DNA of 54,469 nucleotides from Burkholderiaceae bacterium (GCA_044370795.1 JBILUW010000001.1:1-54469), one strand, 5' to 3'; positions 39,154-49,524 are shown, counted from the first letter of the stretch. Notes: generated by a model not told the origin, from the letters alone. Numbers and translations: made by a program.

Positions 39154-41079
39154 TTGGCCGAGCCCGCCGACGCCGGCTCGCCGATGAAGCCGGCGACGCT
39201 GCACACCTGCCGCGCCAACCGGGGCGTGTTCACATCGCTCGATTTCGGCGACCGCGAGTCGTTCGACGACGCGGCGCGCGGCTTGCTGGGCAGCATCCCC
39301 GACGCCCGCATCACGAGCGCTCGCGGGCATGTGGTGTGGGACATGGCGAGCTTCGACTTCCTCGACGACGAGCGCTCGCCCGATTCGGTCAACCCCAGCC
39401 TGTGGCGGCACGCGCGGCTGAACCGGCTGCACGGCCTGTTCGAGGTCACCGAACGCGTGTACCAGGTGCGCGGCTTCGATCTCGCCAACATGACGATCGT
39501 CGAGGGCGACACCGGGATCGTGATCATCGATCCGCTGATGTTCACCGAGACCGCGCAGGCGGCGCTCGCGCTGTATCGCGCCCACCGTGGCGAGCGGCCG
39601 GTGCGGGCGGTCATCTACTCGCACAGCCACACCGACCACTACGGCGGCGTCGAGGGGGTCATGACTGCGGCGCAGGCCGAAAGCGGCGAAGTGATGGTGG
39701 TTGCGCCCGACGGCTTCATGCATGAGGCGATCTCCGAGAACGTGCTCGCCGGCGTGCCGATGCGGCGCCGGGCGATGTTCCAGTTCGGCCCGACGCTGCC
39801 GCGCGGCCCGCTCGGCCACGTCGACAGCGGCCTGGGCAAGGTGACCGGCCGCGGCACGCAGAGCCTGATCGCGCCCAACCGCATCGTGGTCGAGCCCACC
39901 GAGACGCTGTGGATCGATGGCGTCGAGATCGTCTGCCAGCTCACGCCCGAGACCGAGGCGCCGGCCGAGATGAACTTCTTCTTTCCGGCCTTCGGCGTGC
40001 TGAACCTGTCGGAGAACGGCTGCCACACGATGCACAACCTGTGCCCCATCCGGGGCGCCAAGACGCGCGACGCGCTGGCCTGGTCGAAGTACCTCGATCG
40101 CGCGCTCGACGCGTTCATCGATGGCACCGAGGTCTGCATCGCCCAGCACCACTGGCCGACCTGGGGGCGCGAGCGGGTGCGCCGCTTCATCACGGAGCAG
40201 CGCGACATGTACCGCTATCTCCATGATCAGACGCTGCGCCTGATGAGCCACGGGCAAACGCCCAACGAGATCGCCGAGTCGGTCGAGCTGCCGCCCGCGC
40301 TTGCCGGCCGCTGGCACGCGCGGCCCTACTACGGGGCGATCGCGCACAACGTGCGCGCGATCTACACCCACTATCTGGGGCCCTACGACGGCAACCCGGT
40401 CAATCTCAATCCGCTGTCGCCGCAGGCCGCGGCCCGTCGGTACGTCGAGTACATGGGCGGGGCGCCCGCCGTGCTCGAGCGGGCCCGCCGCGATTTCGAG
40501 GCCGGCGACTACCGCTGGGTCGCGCAGGTCTGCCACCACCTGGTGTTCGCCGATCCATCGGACCTGGCGGCGCGCGCGCTTTGCGCAGACGCGCTCGAGC
40601 AGCTCGGCTACCAGAGCGAATCGAGCACCTGGCGCAATGCCTACCTGCTCGGTGCGCGCGAGCTGCGCCTCGGGGCGCCCAAGTCGCCACCCGGTGCGCA
40701 GGGCGGGGTGGCGCCGCGCGTGGTCGCGATGATGCCGATGCCGATGTTCTTCGACTATCTGGCAATCCGCGTCAACGGCCCGAAGGCCGCCGACCTGGCG
40801 CTGCGCATCGACTGGGTCATGGCCGGCGAGGCCCAGCCGCATCGCCTCACGCTGAGCCACGGCGCGCTCAGCCACGGTCCCGGGTCGCACGGTTCGCAGG
40901 CGCACGCGCTGGTGCGCTGCGACCGGTCCGCGCTGGCCGCCATCCTCGCGGCCGGCAAGTCCTTCGCCCAGGCTCTCGACGAGAACCTGCTGCGCGTCGA
41001 AGGCGAGCGCGAGGCGGTGGCTGCGCTGTTCGCCACGCTCGATGCCTTCTCGCCGATGTTCGCCATCCTCGAACCCTAA
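39154..41079 (+). CDS. Alkyl/aryl sulfatase (SdsA1/BDS1-type metallo-beta-lactamase fold with dimerization and SCP2-like domains)
   Basis: VNPSLWRHA; YQVRGFDLAN; HSHTDHYGG; ETEAPAEM; HNLCPIRGAKTRD; QHHWPTW; YDGNP; WRNAYL. Start is TTG 39154 or ATG 39184. Confidence 0.92.
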   Translation: MAEPADAGSPMKPATLHTCRANRGVFTSLDFGDRESFDDAARGLLGSIPDARITSARGHVVWDMASFDFLDDERSPDSVNPSLWRHARLNRLHGLFEVTERVYQVRGFDLANMTIVEGDTGIVIIDPLMFTETAQAALALYRAHRGERPVRAVIYSHSHTDHYGGVEGVMTAAQAESGEVMVVAPDGFMHEAISENVLAGVPMRRRAMFQFGPTLPRGPLGHVDSGLGKVTGRGTQSLIAPNRIVVEPTETLWIDGVEIVCQLTPETEAPAEMNFFFPAFGVLNLSENGCHTMHNLCPIRGAKTRDALAWSKYLDRALDAFIDGTEVCIAQHHWPTWGRERVRRFITEQRDMYRYLHDQTLRLMSHGQTPNEIAESVELPPALAGRWHARPYYGAIAHNVRAIYTHYLGPYDGNPVNLNPLSPQAAARRYVEYMGGAPAVLERARRDFEAGDYRWVAQVCHHLVFADPSDLAARALCADALEQLGYQSESSTWRNAYLLGARELRLGAPKSPPGAQGGVAPRVVAMMPMPMFFDYLAIRVNGPKAADLALRIDWVMAGEAQPHRLTLSHGALSHGPGSHGSQAHALVRCDRSALAAILAAGKSFAQALDENLLRVEGEREAVAALFATLDAFSPMFAILEP

Positions 41080-41102
41080 CCTGCCGTCCCGGAGCTTGCA
41101 CC

Positions 41103-42116
41103 ATGACCGACCCCATGTTTCCCGACCGCGCGCGAGCCGCACGGCGCCTGCGCCGTCGCGTCGTCGGCGGCCTGTCGGGCCTGCTTGCCGGGCTTGCCCT
41201 GCCGGTGCGCGCCCAGGAGTTTCCGAGCCGGCCGATCACGCTGGTGGTGCCCTTCGCCGTCGGCGGGGCCACCGACGTCACCGCCCGCCGGCTGGCCGAC
41301 GAGCTGGCCCGTCTGCTCAAGACCTCGGTAGTGGTGGAGAACAAGCCGGGGGCGGGCAGCTTCGTGGCCACCACCTCGGTCACCAAGGCCGCGCGTGACG
41401 GGCACACGCTGCTCTTCGGCGGTTCGGGCATCACCAACGTCAATCCGCACGTCTTTCGCAACCTGCCGTACAAGGTGTCGGAGCTCGCGCCGATATCGAC
41501 GGTCTCCAAGCAGGCCTTCATCGTCAACGCTCACGCGGGCATCCCGGCGCGCACCGTGGCCGAGCTCGTCGCCTACGCGCGATCGCGGCCCGACGGACTC
41601 GTCTTCGGCACCGTGGGTACCGGCACCACCTCGCACATCCTCGCCGAGTGGATCGGCCGCACGCTCGGCATCAAGGTGGTGGCGGTGCCATACAAGGGCA
41701 CCTCGCAGTCGACCGTCGACCTCATTGCCGGTCGCATCGACGTCCAGATGGACGGGATGTCGACGGCGGTTGCGATGCACAAGGCCGGCAAGACGCGCAT
41801 CGTCGCCTCGATGGGCAACGAGCGCGCCGGTCTGCCCGACGGGGTGCAGACCTTCGCCGAGGCGGGCCACCCCGAGCTCGTCGCCTACGCGCAGTTCGCG
41901 CTCCTCGCGCCCGCGGGCACGCCCGACCCCGTCATCCGCAAGCTGCACGCGGCGGTCGCGACAGCGGTGCGGGTGCCCGAGTTCGCCGACCGGCTGCGCG
42001 CCGGCGGCGAGATTCCGGAAGCCAGCGCAAGCCCGGAGGAATACGCCGCGCTGATCCGCAGCGAGGACAAGCGCTGGGGCGATATCATCAGGCCGATGAA
42101 CCTGCGTCTGGATTGA
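41103..42116 (+). CDS. Bug/TctC-family tripartite tricarboxylate transporter substrate-binding protein
   Basis: FPSRPITLVVPFAVGGATD; VENKPGAG; DGHTL; VPYKG; APAGTP; RR-containing signal peptide. Confidence 0.93.
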   Translation: MTDPMFPDRARAARRLRRRVVGGLSGLLAGLALPVRAQEFPSRPITLVVPFAVGGATDVTARRLADELARLLKTSVVVENKPGAGSFVATTSVTKAARDGHTLLFGGSGITNVNPHVFRNLPYKVSELAPISTVSKQAFIVNAHAGIPARTVAELVAYARSRPDGLVFGTVGTGTTSHILAEWIGRTLGIKVVAVPYKGTSQSTVDLIAGRIDVQMDGMSTAVAMHKAGKTRIVASMGNERAGLPDGVQTFAEAGHPELVAYAQFALLAPAGTPDPVIRKLHAAVATAVRVPEFADRLRAGGEIPEASASPEEYAALIRSEDKRWGDIIRPMNLRLD

Positions 42117-42166
42117 GCTCGCCGCGACGCGTGCTCGACCGGCAGGTCAGCGCCCAGGGGGATGCC

Positions 42167-42997
42167 ATGGTCCATGATGCCGAGCGATCCGTGTCCGCTT
42201 CCGCAGGCGCCTCGGGCGCAACACCCGCCCCGCGCCCGCAACTGCCGGCGGTACGCCGGATCGACCCTGGCGCGCCTGCGCGCTGGCTGGCGCTGGGCCT
42301 GCGCGATCTTCGCCAGACCGGCGGCCGCGGGCTGTTCTATGGCGCGGTCTTCGTGCTGATGGGCGAGCTCATCGGCCTGGTCTACGCCACCCGCTGGCAG
42401 CTCACGATGGGGCTGACCGCCGGGTTCTTCCTGATGGGACCGTTCGTATGCGTGGGCATCCAGGATCTCTCGCGCCAGCGCGAGCGCGGGCTTGCGCCGA
42501 CGCTGGCAGCTTCGCTGGTCTGCTGGCGTCGCAACCTCGGCTCGATCGCCTTTTTCGCGGCCATCCTCACGTTCGCGATGGTGGTCTGGGCGCGGATCTC
42601 GGTGGTGGTGTTCGCGCTGTTCTCGACCACCGACTTTCCCGATCTGAAGGGCATCGTGAGCCAGATAGCGCAGATGGCCAATCTCGAGTTCCTGCTGGTC
42701 TGGATGGCGATCGGTCTGCTGTTCGCCACCCTGGTGTTCGCGATCTCGGTGGTGTCGATGCCGCTGATGCTCGACCGCCGCGCCGACACCATGACGGCGA
42801 TCTTCGCCAGCGCCCGCACGTTGGCGGCCAATCCGCTGCCGATGGCGCTGTGGGCCGCGCTGATCGTCACGCTCATCGGCGCGAGCCTCGTCTTCTGGCT
42901 GGGCCTGCTGCTCGTCACCGCGCCCCTGGTCGGCCATGCCAGCTGGCACGCCTACCGCGCGCTGCTCGAGCCGGCCGACACGGCGGCCGGCCAGTGA
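42167..42997 (+). CDS. Integral membrane protein (DUF2189-like)
   Basis: APARWLALGLRDL; GFFLMGPF..GI..LSR; SVVSMPLMLDR; PLVGHASWHAYR. Confidence 0.8.
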   Translation: MVHDAERSVSASAGASGATPAPRPQLPAVRRIDPGAPARWLALGLRDLRQTGGRGLFYGAVFVLMGELIGLVYATRWQLTMGLTAGFFLMGPFVCVGIQDLSRQRERGLAPTLAASLVCWRRNLGSIAFFAAILTFAMVVWARISVVVFALFSTTDFPDLKGIVSQIAQMANLEFLLVWMAIGLLFATLVFAISVVSMPLMLDRRADTMTAIFASARTLAANPLPMALWAALIVTLIGASLVFWLGLLLVTAPLVGHASWHAYRALLEPADTAAGQ

Positions 42998-43040
42998 GCC
43001 CGCGCCGGGCGCGCGTGCCCCTGCTCGCGGCGTTGCACCC

Positions 43041-44138
43041 ATGAGCGCGCGTACCGTACTCATCGCCGGCGCCTCCGGGGTGGTGGGGCAGGCCGCGGCC
43101 GCCCACTTCGCCGGGCTCGAAGGCTGGCGGGTGCTCGCGCTGTCGCGTCGGGCGCCGCAACTGCCCGCGGGCGTGCGCGTCGAGCACCTTGCGGTCGATC
43201 TGGCCGATGGCGCGGCGTGCGCGCGCGCGCTGGCCGATGTCGGCGGCCAGGTCACTCACGTGGTCTACGCGGCGCTGCACGAGAAGCCGGGGCTGGTGAA
43301 GGGCTGGCGCGATCCGGACCAGATGCAGGTCAATCTGGCCATGGCGCGCAACCTGCTCGAGGCCTTGCTCGCCCAGCGTGCGCCGTTGCGCCACGTGAGT
43401 CTGATGCAGGGCACCAAGGCCTATGGCGTACACCTGCATCCGGTGGCCGTGCCCGCGCGCGAGGACACGCCTCGCGATCCGCACGACAACTTCTACTGGC
43501 TCCAGGAAGACTACCTGCGCGCGCGCGCCGCCCAGGCCGGCTTCGGCTTCACCATTCTGCGTCCGCAACTGGTGTTCGGCGACGCGCTGGGCGCCGCGAT
43601 GAACCTCATCCCCGTCATCGGCGTGCATGCGGCGCTGTGCGCGGCGCGCGGCGAGCCGATGGGTTATCCGGGCGGGCCGTCGAACATCCTCGAGGCCACC
43701 GATGCGCGGCTGCTCGCCCGCGCGCTCGCCTGGGCGGCGCAGGCCGAGTCGGCGCGCAACCAGATCTTCAACGTCACCAACGGCGATGTCTTCGTCTGGC
43801 GCAATCTGTGGCCCGCGATCGCCGATGCCCTGGGCGTGGCCACCGGGCCCGATGCGCCGCGCTCGCTGGCGCGCGACCTCCCGCAGCGCGAGCCCGAGTG
43901 GCAAGCGATCGTGCGTGCCCAAGGCCTCGCGGCGCCGCCCCTTGCCGAACTCCTCGGGCAGTCGCATCACTACGCCGACTTCTGCTTCGGTTTCCATGCG
44001 CGCGAGCATCCGCCGCCCGTCATCGTGAGCACCATACGCATCCGCCAGGCGGGTTTCCACGACTGCATCGACACCGCGCAGATGTTTCGCGACTGGTTCG
44101 CGCGGCTGCGTGAGCAGCGCGTGCTGCCGCCGCCCTGA
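43041..44138 (+). CDS. SDR oxidoreductase, PRISE (progesterone 5-beta-reductase/iridoid synthase-like) family
   Basis: AGASGVVG; LSRR; QGTKAYG; NFYWLQEDY; FNVTNGDVFVW; STIRIRQAGF. Confidence 0.82.
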   Translation: MSARTVLIAGASGVVGQAAAAHFAGLEGWRVLALSRRAPQLPAGVRVEHLAVDLADGAACARALADVGGQVTHVVYAALHEKPGLVKGWRDPDQMQVNLAMARNLLEALLAQRAPLRHVSLMQGTKAYGVHLHPVAVPAREDTPRDPHDNFYWLQEDYLRARAAQAGFGFTILRPQLVFGDALGAAMNLIPVIGVHAALCAARGEPMGYPGGPSNILEATDARLLARALAWAAQAESARNQIFNVTNGDVFVWRNLWPAIADALGVATGPDAPRSLARDLPQREPEWQAIVRAQGLAAPPLAELLGQSHHYADFCFGFHAREHPPPVIVSTIRIRQAGFHDCIDTAQMFRDWFARLREQRVLPPP

Positions 44139-44215
44139 CCGGCCCCTTGCCCGGCTGCCGCGGCCCGCGGCGGCCAGGCGCGCGTCCGCAACCTCCGTTC
44201 TCCACGATTGCGCCC

Positions 44216-45007
44216 ATGCCTCTGGTCCACTACCGCCTGGTCGATGGCATCGCCGAGCTGCTGCTCGACCGTCCGCCCGTCAACGCCGTCGATGGCGCCC
44301 TCATCGACGAACTGCTCGCTGGGCTCGAGCGCGCGCGGCTCGACACCGATGCCCGCGCCGTCATCATCGCGAGTGCCCAGCCGCGGCGTTTCTGCGCCGG
44401 GCTCGATATCCGCGCCGTCGATGGTCAGCCCAGCGAGGTGATGCACGGGCTGCTCGAGCGTCTGTATGTGCAGATGACCGACGCGCAGTTCCGCCTGGGC
44501 AAGCCGTCGATTGCGGCGGTTGCCGGTGCGGCCCGGGGCGCCGGCATGACGATCGCCATCGGCTGCGACCTGATCGTCGCCGAGCGCACGGCCACCTTCG
44601 GTTACCCGGAGATCGACGTCGGCCTGATTCCGGCAATCCACTTCGCCCACCTGCCGCGCATCGTCGGCCGGCACCGGGCCTTCGATCTGCTGTTCACCGG
44701 CCGCAGTTTCGGTGCCGACGAGGCGGCCGCGCTGGGCCTGGTCAGCCGGGTGGTGCAGGAGGGCGAGGCGCTTGCCCAGGCGCGCGCGCTTGGCGCCGTG
44801 CTGGCGGCCAAGGCGCCGGGCGTGATGCGTCGCGGACGGGCCGACTTTCTGCGCGAATGCGACAGCGACTACCGCCGCGGCGTGGCAGCGGCGGTCGAGA
44901 ACTTCACGAGCCTGGCCACCAGCGCCGAGTCGCGCGAGGGCATCCGGGCGTTCGTGGAGAAGCGGCCTGCGGCCTGGAGCCGGCCGCAGGCCGACCCGCA
45001 GGCCTGA
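44216..45007 (+). CDS. Enoyl-CoA hydratase/isomerase (crotonase) family protein
   Basis: LDRPPVNA; FCAGLDI; KPSIAAVAG; FGYPEIDVG; EGIRAFVEKR. Confidence 0.92.
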   Translation: MPLVHYRLVDGIAELLLDRPPVNAVDGALIDELLAGLERARLDTDARAVIIASAQPRRFCAGLDIRAVDGQPSEVMHGLLERLYVQMTDAQFRLGKPSIAAVAGAARGAGMTIAIGCDLIVAERTATFGYPEIDVGLIPAIHFAHLPRIVGRHRAFDLLFTGRSFGADEAAALGLVSRVVQEGEALAQARALGAVLAAKAPGVMRRGRADFLRECDSDYRRGVAAAVENFTSLATSAESREGIRAFVEKRPAAWSRPQADPQA

Positions 45008-45016
45008 GCAAGCCGG

Positions 45017-45703
45017 TCAGCCGATGTGGCGGCCGAGGAAGCGGAAGCTGCGGTCCCAGGCGATCTGAGCCCAGGCGGGGTCGTACTGGGTGATGGGCAG
45101 GCGGTGCGGCCCGACCGCAGTCTCGTTGGCGAAGGCGTGCTGTGCGAGATAGCGATGGCCCGTGTAGGTCACGCCGGCGGACGCCAGCTTCTGTTCGAGT
45201 GCGTCGACGCTGGCGATCGCGAAGGCGGCATCCTCGGTGGCCCAGTGCGCCATCAGCGGGACCTTGATGCGCGACGCATCGACGAACTCGAGCGGCGGCA
45301 GGCCATACCAGACCACACCGGCGTCCATCTCGGGCACCATCGTCGACGAGAGGACGGTGAGGGCGCCGCCCATGCAGAAGCCGGTCACGGCCACCTTGCC
45401 GCCGCGCGCCTTCAGGAACTGCGCCGCGCCGCGCACGTCCTGCGAAGCGGCGTCGCCGAAATCGAGACTCGACATCAGGTGGTGGGCCTCCTCGGCCTCG
45501 ACGGTGGCCTTGCCGCGGTACAGGTCGGGCACCAGCGCCGTGTAGCCGGCCTGCGCGATCCGGTCGGCCACGCCGCGGATCTGGTCGTTCAGCCCCCACC
45601 ATTCCTGGATGACGACGACCGATCCGGTCGCGCCCTGCGCCTCGGCCAGATAGCCGTTGACCGACTTGCCGTCGGGCCGGTTGAACGTGACGGTGCTTCC
45701 CAT
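45017..45703 (-). CDS. Dienelactone hydrolase family protein
   Basis: VIQEWWG; PDLYRG; GFCMGG (Cys nucleophile); HAFAN; AWDRS. Confidence 0.93.
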   Translation of the reverse strand: MGSTVTFNRPDGKSVNGYLAEAQGATGSVVVIQEWWGLNDQIRGVADRIAQAGYTALVPDLYRGKATVEAEEAHHLMSSLDFGDAASQDVRGAAQFLKARGGKVAVTGFCMGGALTVLSSTMVPEMDAGVVWYGLPPLEFVDASRIKVPLMAHWATEDAAFAIASVDALEQKLASAGVTYTGHRYLAQHAFANETAVGPHRLPITQYDPAWAQIAWDRSFRFLGRHIG

Positions 45704-45788
45704 GGGTTCTCCTTTGGTTCTCGTTCGCGGAAGCCGGCCAGCCGGCCGGCGGATCGTGATCGCGTGCGCCGGTCCGTCGACCGACAAA

Positions 45789-47261
45789 TCATTGTAGGGG
45801 CTGCGGATTGGCCCTGCCGCCAGCAGGCAGTCGGGCTGCGGCCAGTGCCGCCACCAGCAGCGCGGTGCAGGTGCAGACGAAGACCGCGCTGAAGCCGGCG
45901 GCGAGCGCGGGATCGCCCGGGTTGGCGCGGCTCACGACGTTGGCGGCCGAAGCGCCGTCTGCGGCCGTGCCCACCACGGCGAACAGGATCGAGGTCAGCG
46001 ATGCCAGCCCGACCGCGCTGCCGAGCGACCGGGCCAGCCCCAGAAAGGCGGTGACTGCGCCGATGCGCCCGGGCGCGACCGCCATCTGCACGGCGACGAT
46101 GCCGGGCGGCAGCGATATGCCGATGCCCAGGCCCATCGCGAGCATGGCGGCCGCGACCGCAGGCAGGGTCTCGAACCGCAGCAGTGCCAGGACTGCCGAC
46201 GCCGTTGCCGCCAGCAACGCGCCAGCCACCATGTTGCGCCGGAACAGCATCGTGCGCGGCATCATCCGGCCGCTGAAGAAGGCGCCGCACGGCACGGCCA
46301 GCGCGTGCATCAGCATCATCAGGGCGACCCGCTCCGGCGGTTGGCCTGCTACCGCCTGCAGCGCCAGTGGCAGCATCACCGCGGCGCCGGTCAGCGAGAA
46401 GAACACCATGGCCGACGACAGGCTGCCCCAGAGCACCTGCGGCGTGGTGAGCAGATCCGGGGCCATCAGCGGGCTGTCGACCTTGAACTGACGACGCCAG
46501 AACATGCCCAGCAGCACCGCGGCAGTTGCGGTCAATGCCAGCCCGGCGGGATCGGTGAGCGCGGCGCCCTGACCGATACGGGTGAGCGCCGACATCAGCG
46601 CCGTGAGGCCGACGGTGAGCATGAGCACCCCGGTGGCATCGACGCGGCTGACGCCCGCCGGCCGAGGCAGCCGCGCCAGTACCCGGCGGGTGAGCAGCAG
46701 CGCGATCGCCGACAGCGGCAGGCTGACGGCGAAGACGGAGCGCCAGCCGAACCAGGCGGTGAGATAGCCGCTGGCCACCGGCCCGATCAGGGCGGCCAGC
46801 GCGTAGGTGCCCGACAGCCAGGCCTGGAAGCGGCCGCGCTCGGTGGGCGGCACCACGTCGCCGATCGTCGACTGGGCGAGCACGATGAGCCCGCCGCCGC
46901 CCAGGCCCTGCAGCACCCGCAGCACCAGCAGTTGCGGCATCGACTGGGCGAACATGCAGCCGACGCAGGCCAGCGCATAGAGCGTGATCGCGATGGTCAT
47001 CATGCGCTGGCGGCCGTAGGCGTCGGACAGGCTGCCGTATAGCGGGGTGGCCACGGTGGCCGCGACGGTGTAGCCGGCGACCACCCAGGCGATGAGGCTG
47101 GCGCCGCCGAGATCGCGCGCGATCGACAGCAGCGCGACTGCGACCAGCGTGGCGTCGAGGGCGGCGACGAAGATGCCGACCTGCAGACCGGCGACGACCT
47201 TCAGTTGCTCCTCGGCGGGCAGCGGGCTTGCACCCGCGCGGTCGGCCGGCGGCGCGCTCAC
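45789..47261 (-). CDS. MFS transporter (DHA2/EmrB-like, about 14 TM)
   Basis: AALDATLVAVAL; YGSLSDAYGR; RVLQGLGGGG; GPVASG...WRSVF; the GTG start overlaps the thioesterase stop. Confidence 0.9.
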   Translation of the reverse strand: MSAPPADRAGASPLPAEEQLKVVAGLQVGIFVAALDATLVAVALLSIARDLGGASLIAWVVAGYTVAATVATPLYGSLSDAYGRQRMMTIAITLYALACVGCMFAQSMPQLLVLRVLQGLGGGGLIVLAQSTIGDVVPPTERGRFQAWLSGTYALAALIGPVASGYLTAWFGWRSVFAVSLPLSAIALLLTRRVLARLPRPAGVSRVDATGVLMLTVGLTALMSALTRIGQGAALTDPAGLALTATAAVLLGMFWRRQFKVDSPLMAPDLLTTPQVLWGSLSSAMVFFSLTGAAVMLPLALQAVAGQPPERVALMMLMHALAVPCGAFFSGRMMPRTMLFRRNMVAGALLAATASAVLALLRFETLPAVAAAMLAMGLGIGISLPPGIVAVQMAVAPGRIGAVTAFLGLARSLGSAVGLASLTSILFAVVGTAADGASAANVVSRANPGDPALAAGFSAVFVCTCTALLVAALAAARLPAGGRANPQPLQ

Positions 47262-47776
47262 GCGGTGCCGGTCGGCGCCCGGCCGGGCGATCTTGCGGCG
47301 ATCACGTGGCCCACCTGCCAGGGCCGCGGCAGCGCGCGGTGCGCCGCCAGCACCGACTGCACGCGTTCGGCCATCACGGCGGGCATCGGCGCCGGACGTC
47401 GCACACGCATGTCCATGTGGATGCTCAGCGTCTCGAAGGTGGCGGCGAGGTAGCCTTGATCGGCGTGGTGCATCGTCTGGAAGAAGTGCAGTCGCTTGCT
47501 GTCGGCGTCGATCAGGCGGGCCTCGAAACGCAGGCGGTCGCCCTCGCGGACTTCGCGATGGAAGTGCAGATGCGACTCGAGGGCGAAGGTCGAGGAGGCA
47601 TGCTCGCGGCGTAGCGTCGGCGTCAGGCCGAGCCACTCGAAGAAGGGCTCGGACGCGATGTCGAAGGCGACGTGGTAGTAGCCGACGTTCATGTGACCGT
47701 TGTGGTCGATCCAGGCCGGCAGGACCACGGCGCGCGCGCTCGCGTAGGGTGTCTCGATATCTTCGGCGGGGGGCAT
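47258..47776 (-). CDS. Acyl-CoA thioesterase (4HBT/hotdog family)
   Basis: WIDHNGHMNVGYY; STFALESHLHFHREV; DSKRLH. Confidence 0.88.
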   Translation of the reverse strand: MPPAEDIETPYASARAVVLPAWIDHNGHMNVGYYHVAFDIASEPFFEWLGLTPTLRREHASSTFALESHLHFHREVREGDRLRFEARLIDADSKRLHFFQTMHHADQGYLAATFETLSIHMDMRVRRPAPMPAVMAERVQSVLAAHRALPRPWQVGHVIAARSPGRAPTGTA

Positions 47777-47901
47777 CGGGGGGCTCCGTGCGGCGTCTGC
47801 GCGCCCTCGAGGGGCGCAAGGGCCCGAGTGTATAGTCGGCGCGGCGGGCTCACCCGGCGCCCGCGTTCCGCTGCCGGGCCGAGCCGGCGTGGAGACCCGC
47901 T

Positions 47902-49524
47902 ATGCCTCGCGACTACCCCCTGCACGAGCGCACGATCGGCCGCGTGCTTGCCGACAAGGCCGACACGATCGCCGATCGCCCCCTGCTGCGCTGGGAAGGC
48001 CGCACCTTCAGCTACGGCGAGGTCGAGGCGATCACCAACCGCTACGCCAACGGACTGCTCGCGCGCGGCATCGCGCACGGCGATCACGTCGCGGTCATGA
48101 TGGACAACCAGCCCGAGTTCCTGTGGACGGTCTGGGCGCTGGGCAAGATCGGCGCGGTCGGCGTGCCGCTGAACACCGCGGCGCGTGGTGAGATGCTGCG
48201 CTACTTCCTCGAGCAGTCCGACGCGATCGCGCTGGCGATCGACGCGCAGTGGCTCGACCGCGTGCTTGCCCTGGGCGCACCGCCCGCGGCCCTTGGCCGG
48301 TGGTTCCTGCATGGCCCGCACGAGGCGCTGGCGCAGGCGCAGGAGGCGCTGCCCGGGTCGGTCGAGGCGCTGACGGCGCTGTGCGGCCCCGACGCCACGC
48401 GCCCGCCGATCGAGCGGGTGCGCCACGACGACACGCATCTGATCGTCTACACCTCGGGCACCACCGGTCCGTCGAAAGGCGTGATGTGCCCGCATTCGCA
48501 GGCGCAGGGTGTGGGCCGGGCGATTGCCGCCGACTACGGCTACGGCCCCGACGACGTGCTCTACACCTGCCTGCCGCTCTTTCACGTCAACGCGCTCTGG
48601 TACACCGTGAACGCGGCGCTGTGGGCCGATGCGTCGGTGGCGCTGTCGCCGCGTTTCTCGGCCAGCCGCTTCTGGGACGAGATTCGCGAGACCGGCGCCA
48701 CGCAGTTCAATTCGCTGGGCGCGATGGGCCACATCATCCTCAAGATCCCGCCGGGTCCGCACGAGCGCGACCACCGGCTGCGCCAGTGCATGGTCGTGCC
48801 CATGAACAAGGAAGTCTGCGCGCAGTTCCAGCAGCGCTACGGCGTGCAGGTGACCGCGGTCTTCGGCATGAGCGAGAACTACGCGGTGACCAACTTCGTG
48901 CCGGGCGACCGCGCCGACAAGATCGGCTCGGCGGGCAGCCCGCGCGGTGCGAGCGAACTGCGCATCGTCGACGACCACGGCCGCGACCTGCCGGTGGGCG
49001 AGGTCGGCGAGATCGTGCTGCGCCCGACGCAGCCCGGCACCATGAGCACCGGGTACTACCGGATGCCCGAGAAGACCGCCGAGGCCTACGTCGACGGCTG
49101 GTTCTTCACCGGCGATCGCGGCCGCGTCGATGCCGATGGCTACCTGTGGTTCGTCGACCGCAAGAAGGAATCGATCCGGCGCCGCGGCGAGAACATCTCG
49201 GCCTTCGAGGTCGAGACCATTCTCGCCCGGCACCCCGCGGTCCTCGAAGTGGCCGCCATCCCGGTGCCCGCCGACACCGAGGAGGACGAGGTGATGGTCT
49301 ACGTCGTGCTGCGCGAGGGCGCCGCGCTCGCGGCCGAGGATCTCGTGCGCTTTGCCGCGCAGGCCATGAGCTACTTCATGGTGCCGCGCTACGTCGAGTT
49401 CATCGCAGCCTTGCCCAAGACGGCCACCGAGAAGATCGAGAAGTACAAGCTCAAGCAGGATGCGGTGGCGCGTCGCGACAGCCTCTGGGATCGCGAGCGC
49501 GCCGGCATCGTGATCCGCCGCTGA
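47902..49524 (+). CDS. ATP-dependent acyl-CoA ligase (CaiC crotonobetaine/carnitine-CoA ligase-like)
   Basis: [11 protein letters not shown]; LPLFHVNA; FSASRFWD; FGMSE; WFFTGD; [13 protein letters not shown]; [11 protein letters not shown]. Confidence 0.93.
   Translation: MPRDYPLHERTIGRVLADKADTIADRPLLRWEGRTFSYGEVEAITNRYANGLLARGIAHGDHVAVMMDNQPEFLWTVWALGKIGAVGVPLNTAARGEMLRYFLEQSDAIALAIDAQWLDRVLALGAPPAALGRWFLHGPHEALAQAQEALPGSVEALTALCGPDATRPPIERVRHDDTHLIVYTSGTTGPSKGVMCPHSQAQGVGRAIAADYGYGPDDVLYTCLPLFHVNALWYTVNAALWADASVALSPRFSASRFWDEIRETGATQFNSLGAMGHIILKIPPGPHERDHRLRQCMVVPMNKEVCAQFQQRYGVQVTAVFGMSENYAVTNFVPGDRADKIGSAGSPRGASELRIVDDHGRDLPVGEVGEIVLRPTQPGTMSTGYYRMPEKTAEAYVDGWFFTGDRGRVDADGYLWFVDRKKESIRRRGENISAFEVETILARHPAVLEVAAIPVPADTEEDEVMVYVVLREGAALAAEDLVRFAAQAMSYFMVPRYVEFIAALPKTATEKIEKYKLKQDAVARRDSLWDRERAGIVIRR

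Noticed and set aside
46842-46853. 12-bp match (ggtgggcggcac) to the 3' end of tRNA-Val, a possible att-site duplication bounding an island
   Set aside because: It lies inside the intact MFS coding frame, it is short and GC-rich enough to arise by chance, and no integrase is present.
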